Below, piece by piece: positions 1 through 11,287 of a DNA stretch of 64,000 nt. A model generated the notes under the pieces. That model was not told the DNA's origin and made no database searches. It saw only the letters and a program-made list of their open reading frames with translations. This DNA is from Takakia lepidozioides (Eukaryota > Plantae > Bryophyta). The stretch covers positions 92,690,001 to 92,754,000 of the forward strand of contig CM060731.1 in assembly GCA_030704615.1 (NCBI GenBank), given 5' to 3'. How positions within the stretch are numbered: the first letter of the stretch is position 1; every line of letters begins with the position of its first letter. Position numbers and translations under genes: made by a program.

Positions 1-1749
1 GATTGGAGAAACCCTAGGTCAAGTAGATCCAGGCTAGAAGGCAACGGTGATCAACCTCTGACCGCTGAGGTTTTGAGGGACTGACTACCGATATAAGCAA
101 GTCTGCACGCTGATCGTGTCTCGACGGCAGTCAGAAGTAGCCCCACAGCACCCACACCGTCAAATGCAGCTGTGTGACTTCAGATGCCACTGCCCCTTCA
201 TTCTAGAGTTGCAATGAACCCTAGATGCGCTTTCCTCTACTAACTGCATTGTGGTAACACCAAAGAAGAAGCTTCGTCATTGCCCGGTCGCGTGACGCTG
301 ATGCGCAGCCTAAGACACCTCCAGAATCGTACAATCTAGCCCAGTGCACTGTAGTGGGACTATTAGAGCAGTGACCTGACACATTTCCCCATGGGCAAAG
401 GCAGTGCTTGTGCTTGTGCGTCTCCTCACTGTTGGACAGCTGCCCCAGCTTCAAAGCCTAGCCAGATGGATCGGTTCGTGTTGCAATATGCGCAATATCC
501 GCAATGCACATTGCAATGGCTGCATCTTTGGGATTCCAATGGGACGGGCCACATTTATCCATGGAAGTCCTCCTCTCTGTCATTTATATGTGATCTGATA
601 TGTTTTTCAACTATTGTGCATTCAATACAGCCACCGAGCCATTCCACATTATTGTGCGTTCGAACTCTTATGATGAGACAATCCACACTTACTTTACTGC
701 CGTCCACGACAGCGTGCGAAGGTCTCAGAAACAGACATATACCAGTGCAACCGCAATGGATGAGCTTGTTTTAATCCCGAAGTGTGCGCATCACCGACCC
801 TGGGCACCTCTCCTGCATAGTTTTGTCTGTCTTTTCAGGTCTGAACGCCGTTTTCCTGACTTCAAATCAAATCGCCCTCTCTCACACTGTAACCGAACCC
901 TTAGACTCACGTATATCCGCCAAGTAACGAGGCTCCTCCAAGAACTATTCAACTCCCCTGTATCCGACCTCGCATCTTGCATCTTCCAATGAAAGTGCTC
1001 CAAACCCTTCTCCGGCCTCCTGGCGGCGAACACTAGCTTCCAGATCTATATAAAAAAAAACAAGCTCCGTTGCACTAGATGCATGCGTGATCAAACACGC
1101 ATCAGACCTTTCAGTTGGCACAGAAACACATACTAACAATTACAAAGGTCCAATTCACGGTGAGCTTCACGGGACTCAAATTGATTCTCTGCAACTCAGA
1201 TCCACCTGAACAAACATCTAAAATTGATCTCGTGCTGAAGCACTAGTAAAACAGAACAGCCAAGTGATGTAATGGTAGACTCCATGGATCCGAGGACTAC
1301 GTAGTACACTCCAAGGCCAAGTACTGAAGACTATGGCCGCATCAGCTGCAACGCAATCCCACATCGCAAAGATTCCTAAGGATAATATTCCCGAGCCGGG
1401 GCTTAAGATTTTAAGGGGACATAAAGCCCTATCAAAAAATTTCCTATAGTTTATGTGTGGGGTAACGCCCTCGGCAGCCAACCCTTAAATCGTGGATCTC
1501 CCGGATGAGCAACGCTTTGCACCGACTCTCTCGAAATTTAAAAAAAAAACTTGCGTGTTGGGGTCCAAGCACCTATCACTGACAGCAGAGTTATGGCAGT
1601 CAATCAAATTCATTCGGCTGGCATCTGGTTCTTCTCTTCATCACCGAGGCCTAATCCATCCCAAACCAAGCAGATCATAGCACTTCTTAGGAATTTTGTT
1701 TGGGGAGCCAATGATTCTAACTTAATGTTCAAGCAGACCTCCAGGCATG

Positions 1750-3913
1750 TTTCAGATTTAACTTCCCTCCGACTCCGATTTGCTTGCAATTCATAGTGCT
1801 TTTGTGCCTTGGCGGTGTTGGACTTTGCGAGCTCCAACAAACGTTTGTGTTCCTCCGAACACCGCCATTGCTGCTGGAAGCTTCTCACCATCCTCTTCGG
1901 CCCCATCCTTTGTCGATTGGGCGGCCCATTCCGGAAGGGCCTTGGGAGAGTGTCTCAATGGATTTCATGACGAGTTTGCCGTTGTCAAGAGGGTATGATG
2001 TAATCATGGTGGTGGTGGATAGGTTCAGTAAAATGGCTTATTTCATCCCCATCAAGGATACGGCAATGACAAGGAAACGGGGCGACTTTTCTTCGCCCAT
2101 ATTTTCAAGCTTCATGGACTCTCGAAGGATATTGTCTCGGAGTGCAATCCAAAGTTTACGAGTAGGTTTTGGAGAGCACTTTGGAAGAAAATGGGAACAA
2201 AGCTGAAAATGAGCACGGCCTTCCGACCTACGACGGATGGCCAAACGGAAATGATGAATTCCGTGTTGAAGCAACTCCCGTGGAATTATTTTTCGGTAGG
2301 TCAAGGAGACTGGGTAGATCATTTGGATGCGGCAGAGTTCTGTTATAATAACGCAAAACACTCCGCAACAGGGGCTTCCCCATTTCCAAGTGGTCTACGA
2401 TAAAACATCTTTGGTGCCTACGACTTATTGTAACAACCCTGCTTGCTTCTAATACTCACTCCGGTTTTGTTGGTATGTGGTGCATGTCCTAACATACTCC
2501 TCGGCCTCCTCCCTTAGTTTGGACCAGAAATACTCATTCTTCAATAGTGTCGTGGTGCGCTTGGCCCCGCCGTGGCCCGCAAGCGGGCCATCATGGCTTT
2601 TCCTCAAGAGACTTTCTTTGAGCCCTCCCTTCGGCACATAGAGACGTTTTTGTTTGTACGGGAGCAGTCCATTTTGCAAGTGGAACAACTTAGCCCCTAG
2701 CCTGAAGTCCTGCATCACGGACTTCGCCAGCTCGTCCTTTCGATAAGCCCTCTGTATTTTCCAGTGTTCGGAGGGTATATATGTTGACATATATTCCCGG
2801 CCGGGCAATAATCAGGGTATCACACTATTGAGACCCGCCACCCAAATTTGTGGTGGACCTGGCTTGAGTTGGAACCGGGGAAGGCCATCTCGCCACTTAC
2901 CCGGCCAAAGCTGGAACCGGTGGGGACAACTTGATTTACTACATGGAATCTAACTTGAACCTTGAAAATGAGCCGAGTAGCAACTTTTGAACAAGACCTT
3001 GAGATTTTATTACGACCCAGCTGCACTCATGGGTAATAATTATGCAGCCGCATAGGGTCTGCATTTGAGAGGATGATTAGGCAAAGGCTTTTGGAATAAA
3101 AACCCAAAACCTTCAAAGCTCATATGGAGTTGCTGCACTCCTATCTTTTTTTTCTTTTTTTTTCATCTCTCTCTTTTCTGATCATCTTACTAAATTGTGA
3201 CTTTTCATATTTGTTTTTTATTATTATTATTTGTTTCTTTCTGGTCCTCTTAAAATCTTAATGTATCATAACTGAAAATCAGGTTATATTGATAACCGTT
3301 GTATGGGACCGGTGGTGTTCCACTTGGATAATGACATATTGATAACCGAGAACCTTTTTTTTTTTGGGACCCTTCTATTGATAACCTGTAACCGCCACAA
3401 TTTCCAAACCCCTGCATAAAATATAACCGCCTCCATACCCCTCTAAGCAAAGATGCCTTACCCCGGACCTTTCAATATGCCCAAATTGTCATACCCGCCC
3501 AACATTAGTATTTTCCTCTGCAACTTTGTCTCACCCTTATACACCATCATGAGCTGTTGCTTCCTACTCAGTGCATCGGCCACTACGTTGTCTCGTCCCG
3601 ACTTGTACTGGATATCCACATCGAACGATGTCAACGTATCTTGTCACCTAATTTACTTTAGGGACAACTTAGGTTGCGTGGCAAAATACTTCGTCGTGAC
3701 ATTGTCCGTGAATACCTTCACCGGATTGGAACCAACATAGTGGCGCCACAGCTCAAGGCAATGAACCACCGCCTTCATTTCATTCTCATGGGTAAGACTA
3801 CCTCCTTTCAACCTAGTTCAATTTCTTATTCGTAAACCATTGGACGTCCATCCTGCATCAGAACATCCCAATTGTGAAATCCGACGCGTCTGTGTGAATC
3901 TCAAGTGGACAGT
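1750..3913 (-). mobile_element. Decayed Ty3/Gypsy pol fragment (RNase H, integrase H2C2, integrase core and C-terminal region); integrase core inverted; interrupted by a hAT MITE
   Basis: Minus strand 3913->3520 reads PLEIHTDASDF...HENEMKAVVHCLELWRHY...VFTDNV...IQYKSGRDNVVADALSR (RNase H). 2760->2449 reads HDGPLAGHGGAKRT...YFWSKL...YVRTC (H2C2). 1906->1750 reads [26 protein letters not shown]. The core ([14 protein letters not shown]...VVVDRFSK...TDGQTE...AEFCYNN) is on the + strand at ~1922-2428. Stops and frameshifts are present. Confidence 0.9.
2762..3507. mobile_element. hAT-type non-autonomous element (MITE), 746 bp
   Basis: 8-bp TSD GTATTTTC at 2754-2761 and 3508-3515. Imperfect 17-bp TIRs (CAGTGTTCGGAGGGTAT versus revcomp TAATGTTGGGCGGGTAT). 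Subterminal (G)ATAACCG motifs. Removing it rejoins Gypsy pol as ...LQRKI|QRAYRKDE. Confidence 0.85.
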
Positions 3914-4330
3914 CACTACAACACACCCTGGGTTTCTCAACTTTTCAATTTAACTATTTTTTTTTACTGTTGTCATTTTTTACTGTTCCAACCATTCAAT
4001 AGTAAAAAAATAATATTAAAATAATTCGACACGGTACACGATAGTGAAATATTCTCACTATGTCAAGGCCACAATTGTCACTGTAGTGAGAGACTTTGAC
4101 TACCAAAATCAACTAATTGACACAACCATTTGAACGATGGCACGTGTAAATGCGATATATAAATTATGTAACATTATATATGTGGATAATAAGCAGTAAG
4201 AACTTTAACTATCATTTCACTGACCCAACACATTAACAATAAAATAATCGTCGGTTACTTGAGGCTAGTGAAACAAAACAACTACATTATCGACAGTAGT
4301 CAGTTTTTAGTGAAGTGTCATTTGTGGCTA
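3914..4330. mobile_element. Probable CACTA/En-Spm terminus (one end only)
   Basis: The Gypsy RNase H stops abruptly at CACTACAACAC (3914), followed by AT-rich non-coding sequence. No matching TAGTG end with a 3-bp TSD was found. Confidence 0.45.
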
Positions 4331-4355
4331 TCAAATTTAACTTCTGTATATTTGC

Positions 4356-4448
4356 ATGAATGTATGAACGAATGACAATGCATTCTGCATATTGGATGAA
4401 TGTATGAACGAATGAAATGCATTCTGCATATTGGATGAATGTATGAAT
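4356..4448. repeat. Tandem repeat, ~40-bp unit, ~2.3 copies
   Basis: ATGAATGTATGAACGAATGA(C)AATGCATTCTGCATATTGG repeated. Confidence 0.85.
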
Positions 4449-4671
4449 GGGGGATTGAAAACGCATGAGCGGTGAGTGGTGAGCATGAGCGGAGTATTCC
4501 GAACCTCACCCGAACCTACACCGAACCACAATAAGAGAACCGAAAATGGAGGTCCCCGACGTCCCCGCGTACTGACTTCGTTATACATAAACGGGACAAT
4601 TTGGAATTTGACAAAAGTCAACGGAAATAGGTGTTAGAATGCCTATAGCCGTGCCCACAGTTTGGGTGTTA

Positions 4672-4963
4672 TAGTCGCCACCGACTACAACATAGCTAGC
4701 GAATTTGGGAAACCGTAGCCTATACTTGTTCCCGGATTTTGGGTGTTGTAGTCGCCACCGACTACAATAGAGCATGCGTAAGTGGGTGGGGTAAACGTCT
4801 TCGAATTTGTTCAATTACAATGTCGCGAAAATAACTAGGTTGTTGTTATAGTCGGCACCGACTAGGTGACCCCACCTGGGAGAACAACCTCCACAAAATT
4901 ATGAGCAACGTAGATGACCGAAGGTACTTTGTAGACGGTACAGAGTATAGTCGGCACCGACTT
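4672..4963. repeat. Four spaced copies of a 16-bp palindrome TAGTCG-(C/G)CAC-CGACTA
   Basis: Copies start at ~4672, 4749, 4849 and 4948. The first two are preceded by GGGTGTT. Confidence 0.85.
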
Positions 4964-5329
4964 CATGCACGTAAGTGAAATGTGGCAAGTGAGTGGGCTC
5001 TCTGTTTGAAACTCCATAGAGCGTAGAGCCTATTTATGGCTGCAGGTTTTGGAGTGCATGCAAAGGACGTGTGTGGTTTGCCTTCACCACTACATCAGCA
5101 TTGAAGAGCATGGAAGCTGTTAAAGTAGCGTACAATCCAAAATGTAATCCGCAATATTCAAATCGAAGCACATCAGTGGATGATACCAAATAGTTGAAGG
5201 TGGCACAGAAAAGCCGAGTGTGTACTCACTGAAAATTGGGGGCTCACTAAGTAGTGGATCTGATGACACCATGGTTGGCCACGATATGTGGGTGGTCACT
5301 ATGGTAACCAAGGACAAGGGTTGCGAACT

Positions 5330-6500
5330 AACATTGTCTTCACCTCATTTATGGTGAGATTAGGGTGGTTTATATCCTCCGAGTCTTCCCGCATCTTCAG
5401 CCGGCGGAACTATATATAGTATATGTGCTTGCAATGGGTGTAAGTGGATTTGGCCCCTTTCATTTTTCCAAAGTCAGGGCAGGTGCACTCCGGACTTCTG
5501 GAGATGCACTACATTGTACACCTCCCCTGCTTTGGCCGATCCCGGTGTGCAGAGTGTGTACACACGACCAATTCCAGGGCGGGGAACATCTTTGAATGAT
5601 TGTACAATTGGCTTCAAAGATTGTCCAAGCTCGATCTTCTTGCGGGCTTGTGCACTCAATGGCTTTCGTCGATATATTTTCCCCATCTTTGGGTGGCATA
5701 TATGTCCGGATCCAGGTGATTGCTATCATCCGCAACACCGTCGCCCTCTCCCTGGGCAGTGTTCTTGTCGGCAGTAGGAACAAGTCAAAATCCAGCTTGG
5801 GTCAAGGCGTCAACCTCTTCATGATTTAAATTTGTCCCAACCATCACAGGCCACACGTCGGGAACATCTGGTCTGTCGAGCACATATCGCCCCGCTTCAC
5901 CACCGACGTAGTACACGATATCGGTTGGACAGTGCCACATTTCCATCATCTTTGGTTTTGCCAAAGCCGGAGGATGGTGGCGACCAACATATCTTGGAGC
6001 AGGAACACCTAAACTGTGCAGTGGCCGAATTTCTTCTTTGCATGGTTGTTCACTGTCAGACCATATAACCCAACACTTTACTCATGAAGTGTTGAACGTC
6101 CGAGCGATGTGCCAGCATGCTGTGGACACGGCGCTCTCCAAAACCGGCTTTCTATTCTGTAGTGGAAGCTCATCCTCCAAGGTCTCTACAGACATGTCAA
6201 CAGTAGTTGATGGCACTCTTTGTCGACCCGCACCTTCAAGGCGCCTCAGTGTGGTGCGGAGGTTCATGTCAGACCTCCATGAATGAAGTGTTAATCCTCT
6301 GTCAGCCCTTTCGTATGCACAGCCATATCAGCGTTCGGATGATCCCGTTATCACCTTATCCGCATCTACAAGGCTATGCTTAACTGGCTGAATTTGGCTA
6401 CTCGCCCTCTTGTTCTTGTTCGTGCTAAGTGATTGACATCATCCAGATGGCCCTTTGGCTATACTCTCCCAAGTCCTAGATCGTTCATTTACTTCCCTCC
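5330..6500 (-). pseudogene. Decayed C-terminal fragment of a MULE-like SWIM transposase, paralogous to 11288-12500
   Basis: DGKIYRRKP...VPRPGIGRVYTLCTPGS...EVYNV aligns with DGKTVRRVA...VPAPGYGRIYTVLSIGS...KEYQV. WPVMVGTNLNHEEVDALTQAGF aligns with KLGTSLSTTEISMLEEGGF. WHIART aligns with WHIERT. Confidence 0.8.
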
Positions 6501-7619
6501 CATTTTGCCCGTGTGGCAGTCCACGACGTCGCTCTCGGCACCATCACCTTTAGCATGCATGTTGTTTGAATACTCACGCAACCCTCACTATGAGGTTTGA
6601 AAGACCACTTGTTGTCACCAGCGGGAACAGCGGGCCCGTCTCTTGATGAACTACGATCTTTCTTTATATCCCAACAACCAGAACCAACACAATGCTAAGC
6701 CTTCCTGTGACCAAGGGTGAGTCCAAAATGTGCGTATGTATTGTCTCGTCACTGGAGTACAACACTAGTCTCCCCTCTGATCTCTTCCAAAGTTCCTGCT
6801 ATCAACCTCCATCATGACCAGACTACCCTCTCTCGGCCATCTTCTCTCTCCAGCTCTCAATCTACCATCTGCACTCTCTCTGCGATAGTCATGATTCCCA
6901 TAATTATGAATGCTACATTGTCTTCCTGCTTACTTGCCTTGTACCCTTCAGAATCTAGTAGATTAGCCCCTTACTTGGAGCCACTCTACTTTGATCACCG
7001 CTCAACTAATTATTCTAATACTAAACACATTACCCGCCTTGGGTGTACCTCTCTACTGTGTGTTTAATACATGGCCAAGTGGCAACTAATGAGGTCCTGA
7101 TATTATCCTTAAGCTCAAAACATATTTATCAGCATCTGCTTAGTCATGTACCCTGTCGATTCAGGGCGGCGCCCCCTCAACCGCTGATTTGTATTGCATC
7201 AACGCCCTGCATGTCGCCATCTCCTCGACCTTCATCCTGCTTCACTGTTCATTCATCCACAGTCTCGTTCGCCCTCCTTAGTAAAAGCACGCATGTGTGC
7301 CCCCACCGATGAACCGCCTTTGATGCTGATTATTCATAATCCGTTCATCCTTTGTCGTAATGATGCACATAAGTGATACCCAACGTCATCCATCTTCTCT
7401 ATTCTCTTCATCCGCACATGCCCTTGGCGCATTCATCACCGTTTGCCACATTCATCCCCTCTAACTTCATCCTACCTCCGTCCGTTCATCGTTCGTTTGA
7501 TAAACCCCTAGGGTTTTATTGGCACTTGTTTTCCCCTTACAGCTGTAAAGTACTCCCTTTTTTTTTAGAGTGAAAGTCCATTTTCACCAAGTCAGCACAC
7601 TTACTTCATTGATGCACCA

Positions 7620-7830
7620 GCTTGAGGTCCCTTTGTGATCGCGTCCATCTTTTGTTAGCTGCATCCTCAATCATGCAGATTCAATCAGACTCCTCCATGT
7701 TTTCAGTATGTGATTTGTCCTTGTACCCCTGGAATGTGTATGGCCCCTCCCAAGCAGGCTCAATTCATTTGCGTTTCCCTAGTTTCAGCATCATGACGAG
7801 TTGCCCCTGCTCCAACGATTCCAAGCTGGA
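7620..7830 (-). mobile_element. Gypsy integrase C-terminal (GPY/F) fragment
   Basis: Minus strand reads LEQGQLVMMLKLGKRK*IEPAWEGPYTF. Confidence 0.55.
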
Positions 7831-7832
7831 GT

Positions 7833-8430
7833 GGTAACGGCTAAGTATGACACAGCTACGAGGGTCGGGCAGCGAGAGTCACGAGGGGACATACCGGGTA
7901 GTGATTGGTTTACACTACCACGTGAGCAGTAGTGGGTGTTGTAGCAGACATAAGCTGTGAACCACGATATCACACGGCCACGGTAGCATAGGCTTTACTA
8001 ATAGAAGAAGTAGTGAAGGGCCGAGGACCGTGTACCACTATGGCACATGACCACAAGTCACGACCACTACCACGAGCCATTTTTTGGCAAACCCTTTAGG
8101 TTGCGTAGGCAGTTAGGCAACGGTCATTAACGACTGCAGGCTATAACGGCTCTTTCGAGCATAGTATAAAAGGGCTGCACACAACTTAGAAGGTATCAGT
8201 GATCAGTGTGTATCCAGTGGACTCAGAGTGATTCGATGTGTACTTATGCTATGATGAGATGAACTTTGAAGTAAAGCCATGCTATTCCAAGTATCTCTGT
8301 GTAGAGTGATTGTGAGATGGAGAGAATGTGCATTATGAGAACATGAGATGGTGAGAATGTGTATCATCTTAGATCGATCTTGTTTGTCTTGAATACTGTA
8401 TGACTGTATGAACAAAGAGGCTCCAACTTT
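7833..8430 (+). mobile_element. LTR-like segment
   Basis: GC-rich U3-like part with repeated (C)ACGAG/TAACG motifs, TATAAAAG at ~8165, then a TG-rich R/U5-like part. It truncates the neighbouring elements. Termini and TSD are not resolved. Confidence 0.4.
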
Positions 8431-8689
8431 TCCGACTAAGACCTTTTTAGCTGATGAGACTGCAGGTTGGACTTAATTAATAGGATTAAGCAACCTGCAG
8501 AGATGTTGATTCATACGACTACCGAGGTTTAGCTATCTTTCACACGATTACTCTGTAATCGTTTCAGAAAGCATACCGTCGGACAACCTCTGTTGCATGT
8601 CTTGGGAAATGGGCTGTAGAGTTGAGAGCTTAAGGTGTCTCCTTGGATGGTTCCTCGGAGGATGGAGATAGGCGGGGTGGAGCCATAGT

Positions 8690-10896
8690 AGGCACCAAAG
8701 TATTCAGTCCTACAAGTTGGACGGCATCAGTAGGGTACCCAAGATCAAGCATGATAGTAAGTAACCTAGCATGATCTAAGGAGCCGAAGGCATTTTTTAA
8801 GTCGATACATAAAAGATATATGTCTTGCTTTGTAAGTTAGCGTCTTCGAGGGCGGATAGAACATATTGTATTTGTCTTGTTGTACTATGCGTAGCTCGGA
8901 ATCCTTCTTGGGGGTCACTGAGAATTTGGTGTTGTTCGCCATAGCTTCAGAGCATTGTGGTGACCGTGCTAGTGAATAGCTTGTATATGGTGTTGGCCAT
9001 GGCTATATGCCTATAATTATTGAGATCTGTAGGGTCACCTTTTTTAAAGAGTAAAATGGTGCGGCTATGCTTCCAGGAGTGTGGAATTCGTTTCAGTTTG
9101 TAACATAGTTGAAAAAATTGAAAAAGGAGGTGATGAAGGTGAGGGTCCAATGCTTGAAGTATGGCATTTGGTATAAGATCGGGGCCCGAGGCTTTAGATT
9201 TAGATAGTTTTTTGAGACATGATTCGTAGAGATCTATTGTGAATAAGTCTAGAATGCGGTCCGTTGGGGATCATCTGTTGTCAATCGAGAAGCCATCTAT
9301 ATCATGCCATGGATAGTGTTTAGCTTTACACATACAGTTGGCAGTGTGGAGACTGGGATGTAAACAGTTTGTAACTGTGGGTGTGTAGGTTGAGGATGCT
9401 TGTGACCATATTTCTTGGTTGATGTCCGTTGGATTGGTTAGCAGGTGGCCATGCCTGTGTTTGAGACAATCGATGGGTGGATTGAGGGCAGGGTTAAAGA
9501 TGACTTTGTGAGTTTTTTTGGGGTGGTCGCGTAGCAGTTGGTTAAAAGATGAGACAAATTTTTTGTGATTGGCGGCGACTTTTTGTTTGGTAATACTGTA
9601 AGCGGCTTTTTTTGCATCTCTTCCAACTTTGGAGAGAGCAGCTATCCAATTAGGAATATCTTGGGGATTGGCAGGTGAAGGCATAAGTGCATGACATGTT
9701 GTTAGGGTATTTAGGCAAGTGATACATGGATCCGATGTCCAATTATTCCCCGGGTGTATGGGGGTAGTGGTAGGTATAATAGTGAGGGCGCGTCTGATCG
9801 TGTGGTATGTGTTAAGATGTGATGTCCATGTACGTTTTTTAGTACGGGTAAGGTAGCCACCATTTTGTTTTGAGCGTGTAGTTTGTGGGATTTCAGGAGG
9901 GGCAGAGCAGGTGGCAATGACACTTTTGGTCATTTCTTTCATTGAAGTTGTGAGTATGATCTCGGCTTCGATCCAGGCTTTGTCAGGGGATTGTGCGAGG
10001 TTTGCTTCGGAGAGTATGTCGGAGAGTTTTAGCATAAGGTGTGAGGATGTTGGCTGAAAGTGCTTTAGGAAGGTGACTATGTTATTGTGGGGGAGTGGGG
10101 ATAAAATTCTAGATTGCGGCGGTGGAACATGTATAGGTGGAATAGGTCTAAGGGGGATGAGGGATGGTGGGATGGTTATTGAAACGGGATAATGGTCTGA
10201 GTTGCATAAACTGTTAATGTGCATATGACTGTTAAGATACGTTGGGATGTCATTTTGTGTCTTGAGGTAGAAGCCGTCAAGAAGGCTTAAGGATGAGTAG
10301 TTGAGTCCACCTTGTCTGGAATAATGGTGATCGGTGGGTATATAACGGAGGTGGTGTGATTGAGTAAATTTGGCCCATTCCTGATCTGCGGGGGATGGAG
10401 TTTTGTGTATACTGTTGTATGTGTGACCCATGAGGGCAATGTCCCTGTTGAAATCGCCTGCTAGAATCTTTTTTCTTTGTCAGGTACGCGAATGGCTGCC
10501 AGGCGTGGATGGAGGAGTGGGTTAGTGTGTTGGAGATGGTGAGTAGGATATCAGGGATCAGGGGGAGATCTTCGGCGTGTGAGGGCATGTACAAGTGTAT
10601 AAGGATAATGGGGGGGGGGAGCGCGGAGAGGTGTAGTTTGATGATTTGAAGGTGCGATCGGAGGGGGAGAGTGACAGGTTTTTTGACCGTGGTGCAAAGG
10701 GAGTGATGGGTGCGGAGGATACCAAAAGCCACCCCGCCCTGGGTAGGATGGTATGGCGTGGAGCGTCTAGTTAGGCACTGTGCGGCTGTGAATGAATTAC
10801 CATACAACATATAGTAGGCTGGAAGCAGTTTGTTGATATAGGAACTATTGGGGTTGTGTGTTGAGTTTAGTTTCTTGTAATAGGATGATATGCGGG
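8690..10896 (-). mobile_element. LINE ORF2 (AP endonuclease + RT N-terminal half), downstream part; decayed and 3'-truncated
   Basis: PHIILLQETKL...GGVAFGI...LYMPSH...AGDFNRD...LDGFY...SDHYPV (APE). KASGPDLIPN...WKHSRTILLFKKGDPTDLNNYRHIAM...QEGFR...IDLKNAFGSLDH (RT). Confidence 0.9.
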
Positions 10897-11287
10897 CAGC
10901 GTAGCTACGGCGTGAGCCCAGCCCCGTGAGCCTGGGAGCTGAGCTCACGTTGTAGCTGCAGAGCGTGAGCGGCACAAATCTGCTGGAGAAGCAGGTCCTA
11001 TAGGCGAGGATTGCAAGAAGAGGGCCTATTACCATGGACAAAACAAAGGGGGCCACCATGCACCATGTCTGCAATGCCTGCACAAAAAGAGGAATATGAA
11101 AATATGGCAGAATTGAGCTCAGAATGATTGACACACTTTACTTCAATTCACAGATAGACGCTTACAATGAATGGCATGTGCATTTGCCCTGGTTCCGTGA
11201 ACGAAATGTATGTGTTTGTCCTAAATGCAAAGTCTTCATACGGTAACCTGGAAACCAACATGGGAAGCGGGCATGGCTCGTATGTGT

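Noticed and set aside
1-1700. Short ORFs at the window start
   Set aside because: No recognisable motif or consistent exon structure.
10277-11134. 285-aa ORF as a gene
   Set aside because: Chance read-through from the MULE terminus into frameshifted LINE endonuclease sequence.
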